Positions 21,144 to 30,900 of a stretch of 64,000 bases of DNA are shown piece after piece. The translations under genes were made by a program, and so were the position numbers. Location of the stretch: contig OZ242010.1 of NCBI GenBank assembly GCA_965204745.1, positions 4,416,001-4,480,000 on the forward strand, read 5' to 3'. The notes beneath the pieces are model-generated. The model did not search any database, was not told the DNA's origin, and saw nothing but the letters and a program-made list of their open reading frames with translations. The DNA comes from Candidatus Latescibacterota bacterium (GTDB lineage Bacteria > Latescibacterota > UBA2968). Each line of letters opens with the position of its first letter. The first letter of the stretch is position 1.

Positions 21144-21170
21144 GTAGGGGCGATGCCCTCGTGCTCGCCC
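21144..21170. repeat. GTAG-type REP palindrome
   Basis: GTAGGGGCGATGCCCTCGTGCTCGCCC; relatives at ~21622, and inverted at ~33523-33550, ~39333-39359 and ~51252-51278. Confidence 0.75.
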
Positions 21171-21249
21171 ATCCGCCCCGCCGTGTCTGAATCGCGGATT
21201 AAACGGATTAGGGGATTGCGCGGATTACCCCACACCACCCTACCGCAAG

Positions 21250-21600
21250 CCCTATCCCCCCGGGCCCCGTTATTCGCTTCGCTCATTGTAGGCTACGCCT
21301 GTGCCTACAAGGAAAGGGGGAGCGCATGGCTTTCTTGAAGGGTTGTATCCCTGGCTATTCTGATGGCTTTGGGCGAATGGATCGCGCCATGAAAATGCGA
21401 CCTATCCCCCCGGCCCCCTTTCCTACGAGGAAAGGGGGAGCGCGTGGCTTTCTTGAAGGGTTGTATCCAGGGCTGTTTTGATGGCTTTGGGCGAATGGAT
21501 CACGCCATAGAACCCCAAACCCCCCTCGCGCAATCCTTCGCACAACCTTTCGCCATTCCCCCTTCCTCTTAGGAAGGGGGCCAGGGGGTAGGTCCCCCTC
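21250..21600. repeat. Composite palindromic repeat array (CCCCTTTCCTACAAGGAAAGGGG-type units)
   Basis: Near-identical inverted copy at ~44364-44738 and a shorter copy at 10738-10910. Confidence 0.85.
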
Positions 21601-21689
21601 GCATCCCCCGCCCCATCATCCGTAGGGACAGGCCCCTGTGCCTGTCCTAATCGCTTGGCTGACCACCGATCCCATCGTCATTTTACCGC

Positions 21690-21719
21690 TTGACAAACAA
21701 TAGCGCGATACTTTATTTT
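21690..21719 (+). promoter_or_regulatory. Sigma70-like promoter for leader plus giant gene 2
   Basis: TTGACAAACAA followed by an AT-rich -10 region; same -35 context as 8391-8401. Confidence 0.5.
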
Positions 21720-21800
21720 TTTCATTCACCATTGCGATTTTGAACGCGGAGAAAAAGCCGCGCCCGGTCTGTGCGACAGCTTTTGCAAAGGAGGATTCAG

Positions 21801-21971
21801 ATGATCACCGCCATTTTTAGCCGCTGTTTGAACCTCATTTGGCTCGATGTTCCCTCCGCGAAAAGTGGTGTTCATATCGCCCATCCTCGTCTTGGGACGT
21901 GGTTCTATTTTATTGCAAAACAGCCTGTTAGGATGATCAGTACATGCCCCTCGAGAGGGGGAACAAAATGA
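21801..21971 (+). CDS. 56-aa leader peptide translationally coupled to giant gene 2
   Basis: AAGGAGG RBS; the TGA overlaps the ATG at 21968 (ATGA); homologous to the leader at 8297. Confidence 0.75.
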   Translation: MITAIFSRCLNLIWLDVPSAKSGVHIAHPRLGTWFYFIAKQPVRMISTCPSRGGTK

Positions 21972-24900
21972 CGCCACGCTACGCTCACTTGTTGGCCCTG
22001 ATCGTGCTGGTCATGCTGGTGGCATCGGGGCCGGCTTTTGCCCAAAGCACCGTCGACTACGACTTGGACAATGATGGCTACATTGATGTAGCCAACCTCG
22101 CACAACTCAACGCCATTCGCCACGACCTCAACGGCAACGGCGACGCCACGCACGCCGACTACCTCGCCGCATTCCCCAGCCGCGACACTACAACCACAGG
22201 GCGCATGGGTTGCCTGTCCGGGACATGCACGGGCTACGAACTCACCGCAAGCCTAGACTTCGACAGCGACAGAGATGGCGATGTTGACGCCAACGACCAT
22301 GGCGGTGCTTACTGGAACAACGGCGCGGGCTGGGTGCCCATCGGCTCTAATTCAAGCAGATACTCAGGCGATTTCAAGGGCAACGGATACACTATCAACA
22401 ATCTGTTCATCAGCCGCGGCGGCACCAACTACATCGGGCTTTTCGGTGTCAGTGCCAGCGGCGCCCGCCTCGAAACCTTAGGCATAACCAACGCCAATGT
22501 TAGAGGACAGCAGTTAGTCGGCATTTTGGTCGGCAGAAATTACGGCACAATTGTCGCCTGTTACACCACCGGCAAGGCGCAAGGCGACGCTTTTATAGGT
22601 GGAATAGTAGGCACCAGCAGCGCGACTATATCCACTAGCTACTCTACTGCCTATGTCAGCGGAACTAACTCTCTCGGCGGCCTAGTGGCTTATTCGTATG
22701 GCGGCACTGTAGAAAACTCCTACTCCACCGGCAGGGTCAGTGGTAGCTACAGCGTCGGCGGGTTAATGGGATTTATATATTATCTCAATAGCCCCCGCGT
22801 TACCGCCAGCTACTGGGACACCCAGACCAGCAATCAGAGCAATAGTGTTGCCGGCACAGGCCAGACCACCACCGCCCTCCAAGGTCCCACCGGCTACACC
22901 GGCATCTACGCCAACTGGAACGCCAACCTCGACGGACAAACCGGCAACGACAATCCGTGGACCTTTGGCAAGACAGATCAATATCCCGTGTTGAAATATG
23001 CCGGCATGGACACCACCGTGCAGTATAACTTGCAACCGCCGGGCATTCCGACAAGTGTGACCGTGACGCCACAAAGGGACACCTTGGACGTGCGTTGGCG
23101 TGCGGCGAGTTATGCGACGGGGTACAAGGTGCAGTGGAAAGCCGGCATGCAGAGCTACGCCGCCTCGCGTCAGGCGACCGTCGCGGATACGCTCCACCAG
23201 ATCCCCAACTTGATCGGCGGGACGACCTACACAGTGCGGGTCATTGCCACCAAGACCGGTGCCCGCGATGGCATGCCCTCGGCAGAGCAGACCGGCGTTC
23301 CCGCCGCGCTGGGCAGTCCGACTGTGATGGTGGCGGCGAAGGTGGACACGCTGACCGTGACTTGGAATGCGGTGCCCAACGCAGCCGGATATAAGGTGCA
23401 GTGGAAATCCGGGTCAGCGACTTATCCCACCTCCGATAGGGCGTTGGCCACGCATGGGCAAGCCACTATCGCTGGTGGGAGCACCACGATCCACAAAATT
23501 TCTGGGCTGACCGTAGGGACGACCTACACGGTTCAAGTCATCGCCACGAGTACCAATACCAATGTAGCCGACAGTACCCCCTCAGAGGAAGTGATCGTCC
23601 TTCTCGCGCTGGGTAGCCCGACGGGTGTGGAGGTGAGTGCGAAGGTGGACACGTCGACCGTGACTTGGAATGCGGTGCCCCTCGCAACCGGGTATAAGGT
23701 GCAGTGGAAATCCGGGGCAGAGACTTATCCCACCGCCGATGAGGAGTCCGCCACGCGCGGGCAAGCCACTATCGCTGGCGGGGGCACCACGATCCACAAA
23801 ATTTCTGGGCTGACCGCAGGGACGACCTACACGGTTCAAGTCATCGCCACGCACACCACAACGGCCGGCAACAGTGCCCCTTCGCAGGAAGTCATGGTGA
23901 CTGCGGCGACAACCAAACCCACCAATGTGCGCGTGACGCCGGGGCCGGGCCAACTCATTGTGGCTTGGACCGAGGCAACCGGCGCGACGGGCTACAAGGT
24001 GCAGTGGAAGTCCGGGCAACAGACCTACAACACATCTGATCGCCAGACGACGGTCTCTGGGATGAGCACCACGACCTACACGATAGAGAACCTGACTTTT
24101 GGCACGACCTACACCGTGCGCGTCACTGCTACCATGGCAGGTGGGACCGATAGTGATCCCTCGGACGAGGTCATAGGCACGCCCCAAAGGATCAATTACG
24201 ACAGGGATGGCGATGGCCTCATCGACATTAAGACGCTGGCACAACTGCATGCCATCCGCTGGGATCTCAACGGCGATGGGGTCGTCGCCGATAATGATAC
24301 CATGAACTACAACGCCGCCTTTCCCAGCCGCGACATCACCAGCAATGTCCGGATGGGTTGCCCTTCCGGAACCTGCACAGGCTACGAACTGCTCAACAAC
24401 CTCAACTTTGACGAGAATGGCGACGACCAAATCACCTCAGCAGACGCCACCTACTGGAACAACGGCGACGGCTGGTTGCCCATCGGCACAAACGCCGCCA
24501 GATACACCGGCGATTTCAAGGGCAACGGCTACACTATCGACAACCTGACCATCAACCGCCCCTCCCTCACTGAAGTGGGATTATTCGGCAATGCCGACAC
24601 CGCCTCCCGCATCGAGTCCGTCGGCGTAACCAACGCCAGTGTTGCGGGAGGCGAATATGCCGCCGCTCTGGTCGGCGCCCTGCGCGGCACAGTCGTCGCC
24701 TGCTACTCCACCGGCAACGTTTCGGCGACGACTAGGGTCGCCGGTGGACTGGTCGGATGGACGCCCAACGCCATTACCTCAAGCTACTCCACCGCATCCG
24801 TCAGCGGCCCCGAGCACGTCGGCGGACTGCTGGGAGCAAGCCAAGGCGGCTCCGTAACGAACTCCTACTCCACCGGCACGGTTACCGGCACCGGCAGTTC

Positions 24901-27900
24901 TCCACTCGTCGGCGGGTTGATAGGCTCCGGCACGGGCGGCACCGCAAGCTACTGGGACACCCAAACCAGCGGCTGTACATCCGGCGGCAACAACGGTTGC
25001 ACAACCAGCGCCGGCGGTGGCGGCGTTACCGGACTGACGACCAGCGAGCTCATAAGCCCCACCACCTACGGTGCCACCAGCAACGACACCTACTACGGCT
25101 GGAACGCCAACCTCGACGGACAACCCGGCAACGACGATCCGTGGACCTTTGGCGCGACAGATCAGTATCCGGTCTTGAAATATGCCGGCATGGACACCAC
25201 CGCGCAATTTCAGCTCCAACCCGCGAGAGTGATGTTGACCCTGATGCCCTCGTCGATCTCGGAAAGCGGCGGGATGAGCACCGTGACCGCGACGCTGGCA
25301 CACCCGTTGAGCGCGGCCACGACGATCACGGTGCGCCCGGTGGCGGATGCTTACACGGTGGGGTCGGATTCGACGATCACCATCGCGACCGGGAGCACGG
25401 CGAACGCGTCGGACACGGTGGTCATCACAGCGGTGGACAACACCCAAGACGCGCCTAATCGCGACGTGGACATGTCCGTTGTGGCGGGCAACGCCCAAGG
25501 CGCGGGCAGTGTGACCGAGGCGACTTTGACGTTGGAGGACGACGACCCTGCACCGACAGCGACGTTGGCGGCGTCACCGGCGTCAATTTCGGAGAACGGC
25601 GCGGTTTCGACGATCACGGCGTCGCTATCGCGTCCATCGAGCGCGGCCACGACGATCACGGTGCGCCCGGTGGCGGGTGCTTACACGGTGGGTTCGGATA
25701 CGACGATCACCATCGCGGCCGGGGACACGATTAACGCGTCGGATACGGTGGTCATCACATCGGTGGACAATCCCCAAGACGCGCCTAATCGCGACGTGAC
25801 CGTGTCCGGTGTGATGAGCAACACCCAAGGCGCGGGCAGTGTGACCGGGGCGGCTTTGACTCTGACAGACGACGACGCTGCGCCGGACGTGACGCTGGCA
25901 CTGATGCCCTCGTCCATCTCGGAAAACAGTGGGGTTTCGACGGTGACGGCAACGCTGTCGCATTCGTCGAGCGCGGCCACGACGATCACGGTGCGCCCGG
26001 TGGCGGGTGCTTACACGGTGGCGGCGACGGATTCGACGATCACCATCGCGGCTGGGCAAACCGCGAACGCGTCGGACACGGTGGTCATTACAGCGGTGAA
26101 CAACGACATAGACGCAATGGACAACGAGGTGATGGTGCAGGCCGATGTGGAGAACGACCACGGCGCGGGCACCGTGCAGGCTGTGACGCTGACGATCACA
26201 GACGATATGGGCACGCCCCAAGCGATCAATTACGACAGCGATGGCGATGGCCTCATCGACATTAAGACGCTGGCACAACTGCATGCCATCCGCTGGGATC
26301 TCAACGGCGATGGGGTCGTCGCCGATAGTGATACCACGAACTACAACGCCGCCTTTCCCGGTCGCGACACCACCAGTAGCGGCCGGATGGGTTGCCCTTC
26401 AGGAACCTGTACCGGCTACGAACTGATGAACAACCTCAACTTTGATGAGAATGGCGACGGCGAAATCACCTCAGCAGACGCCACCTACTGGAATAGCAAC
26501 GCGGGTTGGCTCCCTATTGGGACTTACACTGGTACGTTCAAAGGCAATAACAAGACCATCTCCAACCTGTACATCAACCGTGGCGGTACCGTCTCCAACC
26601 TGGGAATCGTCAGTGGCGGTCAGGATGATGTTGGGCTGTTCGGTCGTGTCAGCGGCAACATTTCCGGTCTGGGGCTGAAAAATGTCAATGTAAGAGGCAA
26701 AAACCGAGTGGGTGGGCTGGTCGGCGAACAGGTGGGAGGCCGCATCCTGGGCTGTTATGTCACGGGTCGCGTTGAGGGTACTGGTCACCATGTGGGCGGT
26801 TTGGTGGGTAATTCAAGCGGCAATAATACCATCATCGCGGCCAGCTATGCCGATGCTGAGGTCTCCGGAGGGCTTATTCACGAAGGGGTAGGCGGTTTGG
26901 TGGGCAAACTATATGCTACGGTGATAGCGTCCTACGCCATCGGGCCGGTGACTGGAAGGTCGAGGGTCGGCGGTTTGGTGGGGCTCTTGGTCATTTCTCC
27001 TAGTTCGGTTAGTACCAGCTATGCCACGGGGACAGTCACTGGGCAAGTATCCAGCCTTCTAGGCGGATTGATCGGGAGGGCACAATCACAATCAGTGTCC
27101 CATAGTTACTGGGATAGGGAAAGTAGCGGTCTTTCATCCAGTGCTCGCGGCACGGGCCAGACCACCAGCGCGTTGCAGTCGGAAACGGATTACGACGGCA
27201 TCTACGCCAACTGGAATGTGGATGTCGATGGCAGGTCTGGCAATGACGATCCGTGGACCTTTGGCGCGGCGGATCAGTATCCGGTCTTGAAATATGCTGG
27301 CATGGATACCACCGCACAATTTGCAATGCAACCGCCGGGCATTCCGACAAGTGTGACCGTGACGGGGCAAACGGACACCTTGGACATGCGCTGGACTGCG
27401 GCGAGTTATGCGACGGGGTACAAAGTGCAGTGGAAATCCGGCATGCAGAGCTACGACGCCTCGCGTCAGGCCACCACCACAGAGACGCGCCACAAGATTT
27501 CCAACTTGACGGCGGGGACGACCTACACAGTGCGTGTCATTGCCACCAAGACCGGTGCCCGCGATGGCCGGCCCTCGGCAGAGCAGACCGGCGTTCCCAC
27601 CACCACGCTGGGCAGTCCGACTGTGATGGTGGCGGCGACGGTGGACACGTTGACCGTGACTTGGAATGTGGTGCCCAACGCAACTGGGTATAAGGTGCAG
27701 TGGAAATCCGGGTCAGAAACTTATCCCAACGCCGATCTGGAGACCTCCGCCACGCGCGGGCAAGCCACCATCGCTGGCGGGAACACCGCGATCCACAAAA
27801 TTTCTGGGCTGACCGCAGGGACGACCTACACGGTTCGCGTCATCGCCACGAGTACCAATATCCATGTAGTCGACAGTGCCCCTTCGGCAGAGCAGACCGG

Positions 27901-30900
27901 CATTTCCGTGCTGGGTAGCCCGACGGGTGTGGAGGTGAGTGCGACGGCGGACACGCTGACCGTGACTTGGAATGCGGTGTCCAACGCAACCGGGTATAAG
28001 GTGCAGTGGAAATCCGGGTCAGAGACTTATCCCAACGCCGATCTGGCGTCTGCCTTGCGCGGGCAAGCCACTATCGCTGACGGGCGCACCGCGACCTACG
28101 ATATTTCTGGGCTGACCACAGGGACGACTTACACGATTCGCGTCATCGCCACGCGTACCAATGTAGCCGACAGTGCCCCCTCGGAGGAAGTGACCGGCGT
28201 TCCCGTGCTGGGTAGCCCGACGGGTGTGGAGGTGAGTGCGAAAGTGGACACGCTGACCGTGACTTGGAATGTGGTGCCCAACGCCACCGGGTATAAGGTG
28301 CAGTGGAAATCCGGGTCAGAGACTTATCCCAACGCCGATCTGGCGTCTGCCTTGCGCGGGCAAGCCACTATCGCTGACGGGAGTGCCACGACCCACAAAA
28401 TTTCTGGGCTGACCGCAGGGACGACCTACACGATTCGCGTCATCGCCACACGTACCAATGTAGCCGACAGTGCCCCTTCGGAGGAAGTCATGGTGACCTC
28501 GGCGACAAACAAACCCACCAATGTGCGCGTGACGCCGGGGATAGCCCAACTCATTGTGCGTTGGACCGAGGCAACCGGCGCGACGGGCTACAAGGTGCAG
28601 TGGAAGTCCGGTGGACAAAGCTACAACACATCTGATCGCCAGGAGACGGTCTCTGGAGGCAGCACCACGACCTACACGATAGAGAACCTGACGATAGGCA
28701 CGACCTACACCGTGCGCGTCCTTGCCACCCTGGCAGGTGGGACCGATAGCACGCCCTCGGACGAGGTCATGGGCACGCCCCCGGGGATCAATTACGACAG
28801 CGATGGCGATGGCCTCATCGACATTAAGACGCTGGCACAACTGCATGCCATCCGCTGGGATCTCAACGGCGATGGGGCCATAGATGCAAGTGTCTCGACC
28901 AGCGATACGACCGCCTACAACGCCGCCTTTCCCAACCGCGATACTACCAGCAATGTCCGAATGGGCTGCCCTTCCGGGACCTGCACAGGCTACGAACTGA
29001 TGGCGAATCTCAACTTTGATGAGAACGACGACGGCGAAATCACCTCAGCAGACGCCACCTACTGGAATGGCAACGCGGGTTGGCAACCCATTGGGACTTA
29101 CACCGGTACGTTCAAGGGCAATAACAAGACCATCTTCAACCTGTACATCAACCGCGGCGGTACCGTCTCCAACCTGGGAATCAGTGGCGGTCAGGATGAT
29201 GTTGGGCTGTTCGGTCGTGTCAGCGGCAACATTTCCGGTCTGGGGCTGAAAAATGTCAATGTAAGAGGCAAAAACCGAGTGGGTGGGCTGGTCGGCGAAC
29301 AGGTGGGAGGCCGCATCCTGGGCTGTTATGTCACGGGTCGCGTTGAGGGTACTGGTCACCATGTGGGCGGTTTGGTGGGTCATTCAAGCGGCAATAATAC
29401 CATCATCGCGGCCAGCTATGCCAATGCTGATGTCTCCGGAGGGCTTTTGCATGAAGGGGTCGGCGGTTTGGTGGGCAGACTATATGCTACGGTGATAGCG
29501 TCCTACGCCATCGGGCCGGTGACTGGAAGGTCGAGGGTCGGCGGTTTGGTGGGGAGGTTGGACATTTCTCATAGTTCGGTTAGTACCAGCTATGCCACGG
29601 GGACAGTCACTGGGAACAACCAAACATCCACCTTTCTAGGCGGATTGATCGGGAGGGCACAATCACAATCAGTGTCCCATAGTTACTGGGATAGGCAAAG
29701 TAGCGGTCTCTCATCCAGTGCTCGTGGCACGGGCCAGACCACCAGCGCGTTGCAGTCGGAAACGGATTACAACGGCATCTACGCCAATTGGAATGTGGAT
29801 GTCGATGGCAGGTCTGGCAATGACGAGCCGTGGACCTTTGGCGCGGCGGATCAATATCCCGTGTTGAAATATGCCGGCATGGACACCGCCGCACAATTTG
29901 CAATGCAACCGCCGGGCATTCCGACAAGTGTGACCGTGACGCCACAACCGAGTGCCTTGGACGTGCGCTGGACCGCGGCGAGTTATGCGACGGGGTACAA
30001 GGTGCAGTGGAAAGCCGGCGGGCAGAACTACGACGCCTCGCGTCAGGCCACCACCACAGAGACGCGCCGCAAGATCTCCAACTTGGCGGTTGGGACGACC
30101 TACACAGTGCGCGTCATTGCCACCAAGACAGGTGCGAGCGATGGCCGGCCCTCGTCAGAGGTCGCGGGCACCATAACGATTATGAATTACGATAGCGATG
30201 GCGATGGCCTCATCGACATTAAGACGCTGGCGCAACTGCATGCCATCCGCCACGACCTCAACGGCGATGGGGTCGTCGCCGATAGTGATACCATGACCTA
30301 CAACGCCGCCTTTCCTGAGCGCAACACCACCAGCAATGGCCGGATGGGTTGCCCGTCCGGCATATGCACGGGCTACGAACTCGTCGCAAGTCTTGACTTT
30401 GACAGCGACAGCGACGGCGATGTTGACGCCAATGACCACGCCGGTGCCTACTGGAACAGCGGCACCGGCTGGTCCCCAATCGGCAATAATTCTGTCAGAT
30501 ACACAAGCGATTTCAAGGGCAACGGTCACACTATCAACCACCTGTTCATCAGCCGTAGCAACACCGACAATGTCGGGCTGTTCGGTGGTATTCACAGCAC
30601 ATCTCGCATCGAGACGCTGGGCATAATCAACGCCAATGTCACAGGAAGGGGATATAGCGGCATTCTGGCAGGCAGAAGCTACGGCACAGTCGTCGCCTGT
30701 TATACCACCGGCGCAGTGCAAGGCGGAGATAGCGTTGGTGGATTAGTTGGCTACCAAAACCAAAACTCAGCAGTTATCAACTCCAGCTACTCTACTGCAT
30801 CCGTCAGCGGTGCCTCCTATGTCGGCGGACTGGTCGGGCGCAAGTTTGGCAATGTAACAAACTCATACTCCACAGGCAGGGTCAGCGGAACCGGAGGCAA

